Source: an uncultured Kiritimatiellota bacterium
GTDB lineage: Bacteria; Verrucomicrobiota; Kiritimatiellia; RFP12; DVOR01
Direction of reading: 5' to 3'
DNA length: 64,000 nucleotides
NCBI GenBank assembly: GCA_944389565.1
Contig: CALXMV010000005.1
Location: 1,068-65,067, forward strand
Positions 11,151 to 19,924 of the stretch are shown one piece after another. The notes beneath the pieces are model-generated. The model searched no databases. It was not told where the DNA came from and saw only the letters and a program-made list of their open reading frames with translations. A program made the position numbers and the translations under genes. Numbering within the stretch: the first letter of the stretch is position 1; the number at the start of each line of letters is the position of its first letter.

Positions 11151-11804
11151 ATGAAACTGTTACTTACGGCGGCTTTCGCCGCGTTTTCCCTCACGGTCGC
11201 GCACGCGGCGGCCATCATGTGGGCTCCGGGGGATCTTTCCGGCACGAGCACGCAGACGGGTATCGGCAGCTATGGCGATGGGTCGCTTTTCGCCATCACC
11301 GCCACCGTCACGATCCCGAGCCAGAACGACAAGGAGCTCTTCTCGCTCACCGGCGACTCCGGCGGATCGTCGAATTACCTCAAAGTCAGCAAGCGGCTGA
11401 ATTCCGGAGGCTTGGGGCGGATGCATTTGGCGGGGAAGGGTGCCTCCGGCGACGACAAGACGGCCTTCTCCAGCATCAATGCCAGCGCGAGGGATTACAT
11501 CGTCTCCGTGGTGGTCGATCAGACCGGTGAGTTGCCGGTCGCCACGCTCTACATCGATGGCACCCAACGGGCGCAGATCACCTTCGACGCGAAGTTCGAT
11601 GAGCCGCTGACGACCTTCAGCGTGGGCGAGTATGGCGTTCTGAAGGACGTTTTGCTTTACGTCCCGGAGGAGGGTGAGAGCGTGGAGGACTTCTATGTCG
11701 TGGCCCAGGAGGGGTCGAGCACCGGCGTTGTCCCTGAGCCGACGGCCCTGGCGCTGATCGCCCTCGGCGCGGCCGGTCTGGCCCTCCGCCGCAGGGTCGC
11801 CTGA
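11151..11804 (+). CDS. PEP-CTERM sorting-domain protein (second, non-identical mature domain)
   Basis: ATG 11151 in ORF 10890..11804 gives the signal peptide MKLLLTAAFAAFSLTVAHA. LamG-like strand ATLYIDGTQRAQITF. The C-terminal 24 aa are identical to those of the first gene. Confidence 0.8.
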   Translation: MKLLLTAAFAAFSLTVAHAAAIMWAPGDLSGTSTQTGIGSYGDGSLFAITATVTIPSQNDKELFSLTGDSGGSSNYLKVSKRLNSGGLGRMHLAGKGASGDDKTAFSSINASARDYIVSVVVDQTGELPVATLYIDGTQRAQITFDAKFDEPLTTFSVGEYGVLKDVLLYVPEEGESVEDFYVVAQEGSSTGVVPEPTALALIALGAAGLALRRRVA

Positions 11805-11864
11805 GCCCCGCCCATCGGCACGCAAACGAAAAAGCCCCCGGTTCCCCGGGGGCTTTTTTTGTGC
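11730..11864. repeat. Copy 2 of the 135/136-bp direct repeat
   Basis: See copy 1. The offset between copies is 1001 bp. Confidence 0.9.
11829..11860. terminator. Bidirectional intrinsic terminator shared by PEP-CTERM gene 2 (+) and the sulfatase (-)
   Basis: Same stem as at 10828-10860, flanked by A5 and T7. It sits between convergent stop codons (11802-11804 and 11874-11876). Confidence 0.8.
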
Positions 11865-11873
11865 CTCGCGCGC

Positions 11874-14078
11874 TTAGCCGATGAGGGGCTTGCCGTCGAG
11901 GGTGAGGGTGACGAAGGGCGCGGTGAGGGCGGCGCGGATGGGATGGCGGCCTTTGCGGAGGGCGAGGGTGTAGGCGCGGGGGGTGAGGCAGGCGCCGGCC
12001 TCGTGGTCGAGGACGTGCGCCTCGTGGATCCAGACGTGGCATCCGCCGGGGCCTTCGGCGCGGAGGGTGAGGGTGGCGTCCTCGGGGAGGTCGAGGGTGG
12101 TGTGGAAGAGGATGCCGACGCCGGCCCGGGGGAGACGTGGCAGGATGGCGGCGATGCGCTCGGCGGGGACTTGGTGGACGGGGAGGAGGGTGCGGAAGTC
12201 GGGGACCCAGGGCCAGGAGCCTTGGTAGAGCCAGAGGGCGGTGGGGGGCGTGGGGACGCCTCCGGGGAGCGGGGGGAGGGGCTCGGCGTCGAGGGCGGCG
12301 CGCCCGGGGCAGTCGCGCTGGGCCCAGCGCTCGGCGCCTTGGGCGTCGCGGGTGCGGGCGGTGGGGATGCGGCAGGTCCGGAGGAGGGGGAGGAGGGAGG
12401 CCAGGAGTTCGGGGCGTTCGGCGGCGAGGTCGCGCGTCTGCCCGGGGTCGGCCCTGAGGTCGTAGAGCTCGGGTTTGCCGCCGTGTTTGGCGGCGTTGCG
12501 GACGAGCGCCCAGTCGCCTTGGCGGACGGTTTGCCCGAAGCCGAAGCCTTGGCCGCTGCCGTGGTCGTAGAACTCGGCGTAGAGGCGGCAGGGGAGCTGG
12601 CGGCCGTAGCGGGTGAGGGCGGGCAGGAGGCTCACGCCGTCGGCGCGGGCGGGCGCGGGCAGACCGGCGGCCTCGGCGAAGGTGGGGAGCCAGCAGGCGT
12701 GGTCGGAGGGGAGGTCACAGACGCCGGGGGCGACGTGCGCGGGCCAGCGGACGAGGGTGGGCACGCGGAGGCCGCCCTGGTAGACCCAGCATTTGGCGCC
12801 GCGGAAGGGGCCGTTGGCGTCGACGACGCGCTCCACCCAGTCGATGCCCGTGCCGCGGGCGCCGAGGCCGGGGCCGGGGTCGAGGTATTCGCCGGAGGGG
12901 CCGTTGTCGGAGGTGAAGACGAGGAGGGTGTCGCGGTCGATCCCCGCGACCTTGAGGAAGTGGAGGAGGTCGCCCATGGCGTCGTCGAGGCGGGCGAGGG
13001 CGGTGGCGTAACGGCGGAGCGAGTGGTTGGCGCGGTCGCGGAAACGGGGGTCGATCCAGGTGTTGGCCGTCTCGGCGGAGGCCTTGATGGCGGGATCGCC
13101 GAGGCGCGCGCCGCCGCCGAGGTGGTCCTCCCCGTCCGGCGCGGGGTAGGGGCCGCCCGGCACGTGGAAGGGCTCGGCGCAACGGATGGCGGGGTCTTGG
13201 ACGGCCTTGGCGCCGGAGCCGTGGATGGCCGTGTGGCAGAGGCTGAGGAAGAAGGGGCGCTCGCGTTGGGGGCCGTCGCGATGGGCGCGGATGAGCGCCT
13301 TGGCCTTGGCGGTGAAGAGGTCGGTGTCGTAGACGAAGCGCGCCTCGGCGTTCGCGACCGGGCGGCGCCATTGGCCGGCGCCCTCGCCGTCGCGGGCGAA
13401 TCCGTCGGGGGCGCCCGCGGCGGCGTAGGCGGCGGGGGAGTAGGCCTCCAGGAGGAAGGAGGGCGTCCTGGCCGCGTCGAGGTCGGTGACGCCGGGGACG
13501 AGGCAATGGTAGTAGGAGTGGCCGTGGAGGTGCGCGGGGTAGAAATAGGCGTAGTCGAAGCCCGCCTGGCAGGGCATCGCGGTGTGCGGGGTACCGGCCT
13601 GGTAGCCGCCGCCGAGGCCCCATTTGCCGATGTGCCAGGTCGCGTAGCCGGCCTGGCCGAGCACGGTGGCGAGGGTCATGCGCGGGTCGATCGCATGGTC
13701 GAACGAGCCGTCGCGCACCGTGCAGTGGCCCTGGTTCTTGCCGGTCATCAGCGAGGCGCGCGCGGGGGCGCAGACCGGCGCGCAGGCGGCGTGGTCGGTC
13801 AGGCGCGCGCCCTCGGCGCAGGCGCGGTCCAGATTGGGCGTCGGGATGGCCGCCGGGCCGGGCTTCCCCTCCCGGAAGGCGCCCACCTCGCCCCAGCCCA
13901 GGTCGTCGCACAGCACCAGGATGATGTTCGGGCGCGCCCCGTGCGCCGGGTTCCCGAAGGGGTTGTAAGGCGTGGGCGGCAGGGCGGCGGGCGGCGCGCC
14001 CGCCTCTTGGCCCCAGGCGATTCCCGGCGCGACCGCGGCGGCGCCCAACGCCCGGAGAAACGAACGGCGATTCAGCAT
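11874..14078 (-). CDS. Tat-exported arylsulfatase-family sulfatase with an extra roughly 250-aa C-terminal beta-rich domain
   Basis: In-frame ATG at 14078 in ORF 11874..15209 gives MLNRRSFLRALGAAAVAP, a twin-arginine signal. Formylglycine motif CAPARASLMTG. The sulfatase core is followed by LWLYQGSWPWVPDF...TLTLDGKPLIG. Confidence 0.9.
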   Translation of the reverse strand: MLNRRSFLRALGAAAVAPGIAWGQEAGAPPAALPPTPYNPFGNPAHGARPNIILVLCDDLGWGEVGAFREGKPGPAAIPTPNLDRACAEGARLTDHAACAPVCAPARASLMTGKNQGHCTVRDGSFDHAIDPRMTLATVLGQAGYATWHIGKWGLGGGYQAGTPHTAMPCQAGFDYAYFYPAHLHGHSYYHCLVPGVTDLDAARTPSFLLEAYSPAAYAAAGAPDGFARDGEGAGQWRRPVANAEARFVYDTDLFTAKAKALIRAHRDGPQRERPFFLSLCHTAIHGSGAKAVQDPAIRCAEPFHVPGGPYPAPDGEDHLGGGARLGDPAIKASAETANTWIDPRFRDRANHSLRRYATALARLDDAMGDLLHFLKVAGIDRDTLLVFTSDNGPSGEYLDPGPGLGARGTGIDWVERVVDANGPFRGAKCWVYQGGLRVPTLVRWPAHVAPGVCDLPSDHACWLPTFAEAAGLPAPARADGVSLLPALTRYGRQLPCRLYAEFYDHGSGQGFGFGQTVRQGDWALVRNAAKHGGKPELYDLRADPGQTRDLAAERPELLASLLPLLRTCRIPTARTRDAQGAERWAQRDCPGRAALDAEPLPPLPGGVPTPPTALWLYQGSWPWVPDFRTLLPVHQVPAERIAAILPRLPRAGVGILFHTTLDLPEDATLTLRAEGPGGCHVWIHEAHVLDHEAGACLTPRAYTLALRKGRHPIRAALTAPFVTLTLDGKPLIG

Positions 14079-14107
14079 GGCGGATCCTTTCGGTGCGCGC
14101 GCCCGGC

Positions 14108-14947
14108 TCAGGGCTCCAGGGGGGCGGGCGGCAGGTCGGTGGGGAGGGAGACGAGCGCGATGCCGTAACGGTCGGCGAGCGCCTGCACGCGCGGGCGGTC
14201 GATCATCACCAGGCGATGCGCCTGGAAGGCCACCGCGCCGATGCCGCACTTCCGGCAGAGGCGGATGGTGTGCTCGCCGAAGACGGGGATGTCGAAGCGC
14301 ATATCGTGGCCGTCTTTGGCGACCTTGACCATGACGGCGCCCCGGCCGCCCAGCTTGGCGGCGCGGCGCAGGGTGGCGTTCGTGCCCTCGAAGGCCTCCA
14401 CCGCCAGGATCATCCCCTCCTTCACCACGATGGTCTGCCCGATGTCGAGCCCGCAGACGCCCATCGCGGCGCGATGGCCGAGGGCGATGTCCTGCTCCTC
14501 GCGCGCGTCCGGCCCGCGCCGCGTGAGCGTGCCCGGCCCGGGGATGTGCGCGCCCATGAAGCACGACGAGGGGATCACCTCGACCCCCAGCGCCTCCACC
14601 TCGCGGATCATCCGCCCGAAGATCGTGTGCGCGTTCTTCACCGGCAGCTCCGCGAGCAGGCGGCGCGTCAGCGCGTCGAAACGCGTGCGGAAGAGCGCCA
14701 GGGGGGTGATCTGCCCCGTGAGCATCATCTGCCTGGCCCCGCACCCGCGCAGCCATTCGAGCGCGCGCCCCAGCTCCCCCACGCCGAAGACGGCCGCCTC
14801 GTCGGCCAGGCGCAGGACGCGCCGCTCGGCCATCCCGCGCACGCCGGCCACGAGGATGCGCCGCACGCCGGCCGCGCGCGCCCCCTCCACGGCGCACGCC
14901 GGGTAGTCGCCGCGCCCCGCGAAAACGACCAACGCCTCGGGGATCAT
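14108..14947 (-). CDS. lpxI: UDP-2,3-diacylglucosamine pyrophosphatase LpxI (DUF1009 family)
   Basis: 279-aa ORF. GLDIGQTIVVKEGMILAVEAFEGTNATLRRA is the LpxI hallmark block. Confidence 0.8.
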   Translation of the reverse strand: MIPEALVVFAGRGDYPACAVEGARAAGVRRILVAGVRGMAERRVLRLADEAAVFGVGELGRALEWLRGCGARQMMLTGQITPLALFRTRFDALTRRLLAELPVKNAHTIFGRMIREVEALGVEVIPSSCFMGAHIPGPGTLTRRGPDAREEQDIALGHRAAMGVCGLDIGQTIVVKEGMILAVEAFEGTNATLRRAAKLGGRGAVMVKVAKDGHDMRFDIPVFGEHTIRLCRKCGIGAVAFQAHRLVMIDRPRVQALADRYGIALVSLPTDLPPAPLEP

Positions 14948-14953
14948 GCCGCG

Positions 14954-15238
14954 TCAGTCCTCGAAGATGAGGACGATCTCGTTGTCGGCCACGCGGTGGT
15001 TGGCGCGCGCCAGTTGCTCGACGAAGTAGGGGGAGCGGTTGAAGCGGTCGATGTCGCGGCGCGTCTCGGTGATCGCTTGGCGCAGCGTGTCCACCCGCGC
15101 CTGAAGCTCCGCGTGGTCGGCGCTGAAATGCTGCCAGCGGCGGTAGGCCGGCGCCACGTGGAAGGCGCCCACCACGACGCTCACCATCGCCGCGACGGCC
15201 AACATGCAAATCCCTGCTTTTTTGACGAAATCCTGCAT
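14954..15238 (-). CDS. FtsB/DivIC-like septum formation initiator (small bitopic coiled-coil protein)
   Basis: ORF 14954..15259. The ATG at 15238 is preferred because the predicted promoter places the TSS downstream of 15259. TM ICMLAVAAMVSVVVGAF, then a coiled coil, then YFVEQLARANHRVADNEIVLIF. Confidence 0.55.
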   Translation of the reverse strand: MQDFVKKAGICMLAVAAMVSVVVGAFHVAPAYRRWQHFSADHAELQARVDTLRQAITETRRDIDRFNRSPYFVEQLARANHRVADNEIVLIFED

Positions 15239-15261
15239 CGCTCTGCTCCCGACTGCCACAT

Positions 15262-15291
15262 AGTATAACCGATTTCCGCGCGGGTTTTCAA
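15262..15291 (-). promoter_or_regulatory. Sigma-70-like promoter TTGAAA-N18-TATACT for the ftsB-like/lpxI/sulfatase operon
   Basis: The plus strand shows TTTCAA at 15286-15291 and AGTATA at 15262-15267, with an 18-nt spacer. Confidence 0.4.
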
Positions 15292-15314
15292 GCGGTTGCG
15301 GGGGGCGCGGCGCG

Positions 15315-15344
15315 AAAAAAAGGGCCCCGCCCGGGGGGCGGGGC
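15315..15344 (-). terminator. Rho-independent terminator after the MFS transporter gene
   Basis: 9-bp stem GCCCCGCCC / GGGCGGGGC (15324-15332 / 15336-15344), followed on the minus strand by cc + T7. Confidence 0.75.
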
Positions 15345-15364
15345 TCCGTTGCGGCGCGGGAGGC

Positions 15365-16843
15365 TCAGTCGAGCTTCTTTTTGCCGGCGAAGTAGGCCTC
15401 GATCTCCTCGAGCGTGCGCCCCTTCGTCTCCGGCAGGAAGAAGGTCGCCGCGACCCAGTAGACCACGGTGAAGGCGGCCAGGCAGAAGAAGACCGGCCCC
15501 ATGCTCCAGGCCTCGACCCAGGCGGGGAAGGCCGTGGCGATGGTGGCGGAGACGCCTTGGTTGATGATCATCGCGATGGACATGCCGTTGGCGCGGATGC
15601 GGGTGGGCATGAGCTCGGAGAGGGCAAGCCAGACGCAGACGCCGGGACCGACGGCGTAGAAGGCGATGTACATGAAGAAGAAGATCGTGGCGACGATGCC
15701 GGTCGTCAACGAGGCCGCGAAGAGGCCGCCCTTGATCATGAGGAAGATGGCGCCGACGCCGCAGAGGCCGATGATGATGCCGCCGGTGCCGAGCTTGAGG
15801 AGGAACTTGCGGCCCTTCCTGTCCACGAGCGTGCAGGCGACGATCGTCATGAAGACGTTGACCAGCTTGATGGCCAGGTCGGAAATGTTCGCGAAGGCGC
15901 CCTCCATGCCCGTCTCCTTGAAGATGGTGACGGTGTAGTTGAGGACGGAGTTGATGCCGGTGGCCTGGTTGCAGGCGAGGATGACGACGGCGAGGAGGAA
16001 GGGGTAGACGTACTTGCGCTGGAAGAGGGAGTCGCCTTTGGCGGCGGCGGCGATGGCGGCCTTCTCCGCGGCGGCCTCCTCGTCGGCCTTGATCATCTCA
16101 TCGAGGATCTCATGGGCCTTGGCCTCGCCGTTGTTGGCGGCGAGCGAGGCCAGGGCTTCCTCCTTGCGGCCGCGCATGTAGAGCCAGCGCGGGGACTCTT
16201 TGAGGCCGAAGGCGCCAAGGAAGAGGATGAGGCCGGGGACGGCGGAGCACCAGAAGATGGTCTGCCAGGCGTGGACCCAGGAGCTGATGGTCTCGGGGGA
16301 GACGTTCTCGATGCCGCCGACCTCCGCGATGACCTTGTCGGGCGCGCCGACCAACGAAGTCACGACCAGGCCGATGACGGCGGCGAAGGCGAGGCCGATG
16401 GTGAGCAGGAGCTGGAACATGCCCGTGCCCTTGCCGCGGCTCTCGGAGTCAAGGCACTCGGCCAGGTACATGGGCACGACCACGCCGACGAGGCCGGCGG
16501 AGGCGCCTTGGAGCGCACGGCCGCAGGTCATCAGGATGAAGTTGCCGCCCTCGAACAGGCCGGAGGCGCAAATCAGCGGGATGGAGACGAAGAAACAGAA
16601 GGCGGAGGCGATGATGATTTTTTTGCGGCCCAGCCATTCGGAGAGCGCCCCCGCGAAGAGGGAGGAGAGCACCGACCCCCACAGCACGGCACCGACGATA
16701 AGGCCGGTCTGGACGGCGTTGTAGCTGGTGGTATTGTTGATGTAGGGGAGGGCCGCGGCGATGACGCCCACGTCGATGCCGTAGATGAGGCCGCCGAGGC
16801 CGGCCATGATGAGGAGGTATTTTTTGTAGAAACCCGTTGTCAT
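15365..16843 (-). CDS. MFS sugar porter family transporter
   Basis: 492 aa. Sugar-porter signatures GRKKIIIASAF, PESPRWL and PETKGRTLEEIE. About 12 TM segments. Confidence 0.9.
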   Translation of the reverse strand: MTTGFYKKYLLIMAGLGGLIYGIDVGVIAAALPYINNTTSYNAVQTGLIVGAVLWGSVLSSLFAGALSEWLGRKKIIIASAFCFFVSIPLICASGLFEGGNFILMTCGRALQGASAGLVGVVVPMYLAECLDSESRGKGTGMFQLLLTIGLAFAAVIGLVVTSLVGAPDKVIAEVGGIENVSPETISSWVHAWQTIFWCSAVPGLILFLGAFGLKESPRWLYMRGRKEEALASLAANNGEAKAHEILDEMIKADEEAAAEKAAIAAAAKGDSLFQRKYVYPFLLAVVILACNQATGINSVLNYTVTIFKETGMEGAFANISDLAIKLVNVFMTIVACTLVDRKGRKFLLKLGTGGIIIGLCGVGAIFLMIKGGLFAASLTTGIVATIFFFMYIAFYAVGPGVCVWLALSELMPTRIRANGMSIAMIINQGVSATIATAFPAWVEAWSMGPVFFCLAAFTVVYWVAATFFLPETKGRTLEEIEAYFAGKKKLD

Positions 16844-16873
16844 GTCGGAAAACTCCTTTGGGGACGCGAAGGC

Positions 16874-16911
16874 AAAAAGAGGGCCCGCCGCGGGGGCGCC
16901 CGCGGCGGGCC
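16874..16911 (-). terminator. Intra-operon hairpin / partial terminator between the ROK kinase and the MFS transporter
   Basis: Perfect 13-bp stem GGCCCGCCGCGGG / CCCGCGGCGGGCC (16882-16894 / 16899-16911), followed on the minus strand by CTCTTTTT. Confidence 0.55.
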
Positions 16912-16918
16912 GAAGGGG

Positions 16919-18310
16919 TCAGCACTCGGGGAGCGAGGCGGCGGCGGCGGACTGGCCGAGACGGCGCACCTGCTCATCGGGCATGAAGACGTCGATGTCG
17001 TATTCGGGGAACTCCTCCTTGAGCACCTGCTTGGCGGTGGTGAGGATGAGGTCGCCGCCCTTGCCGGAGGAGACGCGGCCCAGGAGCATCAGCGAGTGGT
17101 AGTCGTAGAACTCGGCGTACCACGGGAGCGTGTAGCCCAGGTAGATGCCGATGGCCTTGTAGATGTCGACGGCGACGGGGTCGTCGGCCTCCATGGCCTT
17201 CTGCACCTCCTTGAGGCGCAGGGGGAGGGTCTCCTCCTTGAAGGGGAAGCCGGCGGCGAGGCCGAGTTTGTTGACGGCCTGCTGGGAGAAGTAGAGCGCG
17301 CCGACGCCGATATCGCCCGACCAGGGGTCGGCGGCGGCCTCGGCGTTGAGGTCCACGGGGGCGAAGGCGAGCTCGGAGATGCGGCCGGTGAGGACGCCCT
17401 TGGCGGAGTTGTCGATGTAGCCGACGGCCTCGGAGGTGCCCATGGCCAGGCCGATGATGCCCTTCTTGCCGAGGGCCAGGCGGCCGACGAGGGCGGAGAC
17501 GTCGCCGTCGTTGGCGACCTCGAAGGGGACGCCGTAGTCGGCCTTGAGGCGCTTGAAGAGCTTCTGGGCCTTGGCGTATTCGGCGGGGTCTTTGATGCCC
17601 TTGATGAGGCCGGCGGTGCGGAGCTCGTTGTCGACGATGACGCCGGCGGAGGAGCCGCCGATGGCGTCGACCTTGCCGCCGGGGAGGTGGCTGATGGTCT
17701 CGTCGAAGCCGGCCTTGATGTGGCCGTAGTGGTAGTTGGAGTCGGTGGCGTTGTAGGGGTCCCAGGGGACTTCCTTCTGCCAGACGCTCTCGCCGTTGAC
17801 CATGGCGGTGAGCTTGAAGTCGGAGCCGCCGAGGTCGAAGCCGATGCGGTTGCCGTTCATGTTGCCGCCGAGGGAGATGGCGAGGTCATGGCCCTGGGGG
17901 ATCTCGGAGGCGGGTGCCTCGACGATCTCGATGGGGCGGCCGTAGATGGTCTTGAAGAAGCCCCAGTCGAAGGCGCGCTCGCCGCCCTCGGCGTAGTCGG
18001 CCTTGATTTTGGCGACGCAGGCCTGGGGGGCGTCGATGTAGATCTTGAAGCCGCCGGCGGACCAGAGCAGGAACTTGACGATGCGCTCGACGAACTTGGC
18101 GAAGCCGGGGCACTCCTCGGCGCCCTTGGGGTAGGGGAGCGCGTAGCGGGCGACGGCGCCGTTGTCACGCTCGATGGCGACGGTGACGACGCCGCCGGGG
18201 TCCTGGGCCGCGCGCTCCTTGATGCGGCGGAGCTTGAGGAAGGCGGGCTTGAAGCCGGGGTCGAAGGGCGGCACGAACTTGATGCCGGAGCAGGCGCATT
18301 GGTGGGACAT
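16919..18310 (-). CDS. ROK-family sugar kinase-like protein with a roughly 150-aa N-terminal extension
   Basis: ATG 18310 in ORF 16919..19129. ATPase-fold motifs IGFDLGGSDFKL and DAIGGSSAGV, ANDGDVSAL, GLAMGTSEAVGY. The N-terminal part (MSHQCACSGIKF...) is not a typical ROK sequence. Confidence 0.7.
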   Translation of the reverse strand: MSHQCACSGIKFVPPFDPGFKPAFLKLRRIKERAAQDPGGVVTVAIERDNGAVARYALPYPKGAEECPGFAKFVERIVKFLLWSAGGFKIYIDAPQACVAKIKADYAEGGERAFDWGFFKTIYGRPIEIVEAPASEIPQGHDLAISLGGNMNGNRIGFDLGGSDFKLTAMVNGESVWQKEVPWDPYNATDSNYHYGHIKAGFDETISHLPGGKVDAIGGSSAGVIVDNELRTAGLIKGIKDPAEYAKAQKLFKRLKADYGVPFEVANDGDVSALVGRLALGKKGIIGLAMGTSEAVGYIDNSAKGVLTGRISELAFAPVDLNAEAAADPWSGDIGVGALYFSQQAVNKLGLAAGFPFKEETLPLRLKEVQKAMEADDPVAVDIYKAIGIYLGYTLPWYAEFYDYHSLMLLGRVSSGKGGDLILTTAKQVLKEEFPEYDIDVFMPDEQVRRLGQSAAAASLPEC

Positions 18311-18348
18311 CTCGATGTTCTCCTTTTCTATAGGTAAGGGGGTGGGGG

Positions 18349-19812
18349 TCAGACGCTCATCTGCTGGCCGGCCTTGGCGTCCTTGTTCAGGAAGTCGTCG
18401 GTCACGGTCTCGATGCCCAGGGGCTGGATCTCCTTCCAGGCGCCGCGCGTGAAGTCGGGCACCTCGACGGGCGCGCCGTCGTGCTTGGAGGAGGTCTCGG
18501 TGAGCTCGGCGAGGACGGACCACTGGCAGGACTCGTAGACGTTGATGTCGAGCGGGAGGCCGTTCTGCAGGCAGTAGCTGAGGCGCAGGTCCATGAGGAA
18601 GTCCATGCCGCCGTGGCCGCCGAGGCGCTTGGCCAGCTCGCCGGACTGCTTCCAGAGCGGGTGGCCGTATTGGGCGACGAGCTTGCGGAGCTCGGCGTCG
18701 CTGGCCCAGCCGAGGTGGGGCGCGGCGTACTTGGGGTCGAGGGCGATCTGCAGGGGGTAGTCCTTGAGGATGCCCTTGGTGCCGCTGATGAGGTTGATGC
18801 GGGTGTAGGGGCGGGGGCTGGTGGTGTCGTGCTGGACCATGATGGTGCGGCCGTTGACCGTCTTGATGATGGCGGTGCACATGTCGCCCTGCGCCCAGGG
18901 GCCGGTGAGGGCCTCCTTGTCGCTCATGCCGTATTTGGCGCCGTCGGACTTGGCCTTGAGGGCGTCGATGTCCGCCTGGTGGGCCTTGACGTACTCGGGG
19001 AAGCCGAAGCCGCCGGAGTTCATGGCCGTGAGCACGCGCATCTGGTCGCCGCGGCCGACGTTCATGTACTGGCAGATGGGGCCGAGGCCGTGGGTGGCGT
19101 AGGGGTTGCCGGTGTGCTGGGCGTTCCACTTCAGGCGCCAGAAGCCCTCATAGGAGCCCGCGCGGAAGTTCCACCCGCGCAGGTCGTGGATGTAGGCGCC
19201 CTCGCCATGGACGAGCGTGCCGAGGATCTCGTTGCGCACGAGGTTCAGCGCCAGCATCTCCGTCTCGCCATAGCAGCAATTCTCCAGCAGCATGCAATGG
19301 CGGCGCTTCTCCTCGGCCAGGTTCACGATGTCCCAGCAGTCCTCCACCGTGAAGACCATCGGCACCTCGCAGGCCACGTGCTTGCCGCACTCCAGCGCGT
19401 GCTTCACCATCTCCACGTGCATCTGCCAGGGGCTGGCGATGTAGACCAGGTTCACCTCCGGGTCCTCGACGAGCCGCTTCCATGCGTCCGTCTCGCCGGC
19501 GAAGAGCCGGGGCGTGCCGCCCTTGTTCTCCGCCAGCCACTTCGCGGCCTTGTCCACCCGCGTCTTGAAGAGATCCGCCAACGCCACCACGTGCGTCCCC
19601 GGAATCGCCGAGAGCCGGTAGACCGCGCCCGGCCCGCGCATCCCCAGGCCGATCACGCCCACGTTCACGCGCTCCAACGGCTCGCACGCCAGACCACCCA
19701 CGTGCGGATGCTTGCGCGCGGGCGCCTTGCACCCGATCGCGCCCGTGAGCGTCGCGGCGCCGGCCAGGCCCGTGGCCTTCAGGAAATTGCGGCGAGTGGA
19801 AAAGAAACTCAT
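18349..19812 (-). CDS. Tat-exported Gfo/Idh/MocA-family NAD-dependent oxidoreductase (GH109-like)
   Basis: ATG 19812 in ORF 18349..20052 gives MSFFSTRRNFLKATGLAGAATL, a Tat signal. Rossmann motif VNVGVIGLGMRGPGAV. Confidence 0.85.
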   Translation of the reverse strand: MSFFSTRRNFLKATGLAGAATLTGAIGCKAPARKHPHVGGLACEPLERVNVGVIGLGMRGPGAVYRLSAIPGTHVVALADLFKTRVDKAAKWLAENKGGTPRLFAGETDAWKRLVEDPEVNLVYIASPWQMHVEMVKHALECGKHVACEVPMVFTVEDCWDIVNLAEEKRRHCMLLENCCYGETEMLALNLVRNEILGTLVHGEGAYIHDLRGWNFRAGSYEGFWRLKWNAQHTGNPYATHGLGPICQYMNVGRGDQMRVLTAMNSGGFGFPEYVKAHQADIDALKAKSDGAKYGMSDKEALTGPWAQGDMCTAIIKTVNGRTIMVQHDTTSPRPYTRINLISGTKGILKDYPLQIALDPKYAAPHLGWASDAELRKLVAQYGHPLWKQSGELAKRLGGHGGMDFLMDLRLSYCLQNGLPLDINVYESCQWSVLAELTETSSKHDGAPVEVPDFTRGAWKEIQPLGIETVTDDFLNKDAKAGQQMSV

Positions 19813-19865
19813 GGCTCTCTGCTCCTTACTTCGATGAATCAAGCACTTCGCCGACCTCGGCGATT

Positions 19866-19889
19866 TGGCAATAGTGTATACGATTGCCA
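19866..19889. promoter_or_regulatory. Candidate operator: inverted repeat TGGCAAT-N10-ATTGCCA overlapping the -10 and spacer
   Basis: Perfect 7-bp arms at 19866-19872 and 19883-19889, with a central GTATAC. Confidence 0.4.
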
Positions 19890-19901
19890 CCGCGAGGTCA
19901 A
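19873..19901 (-). promoter_or_regulatory. Sigma-70-like promoter TTGACC-N17-TACACT for the sugar operon
   Basis: The plus strand shows GGTCAA at 19896-19901 and AGTGTA at 19873-19878, with a 17-nt spacer. Confidence 0.4.
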
Positions 19902-19924
19902 GCGCGCTGTGCCTTGGCATCGGC

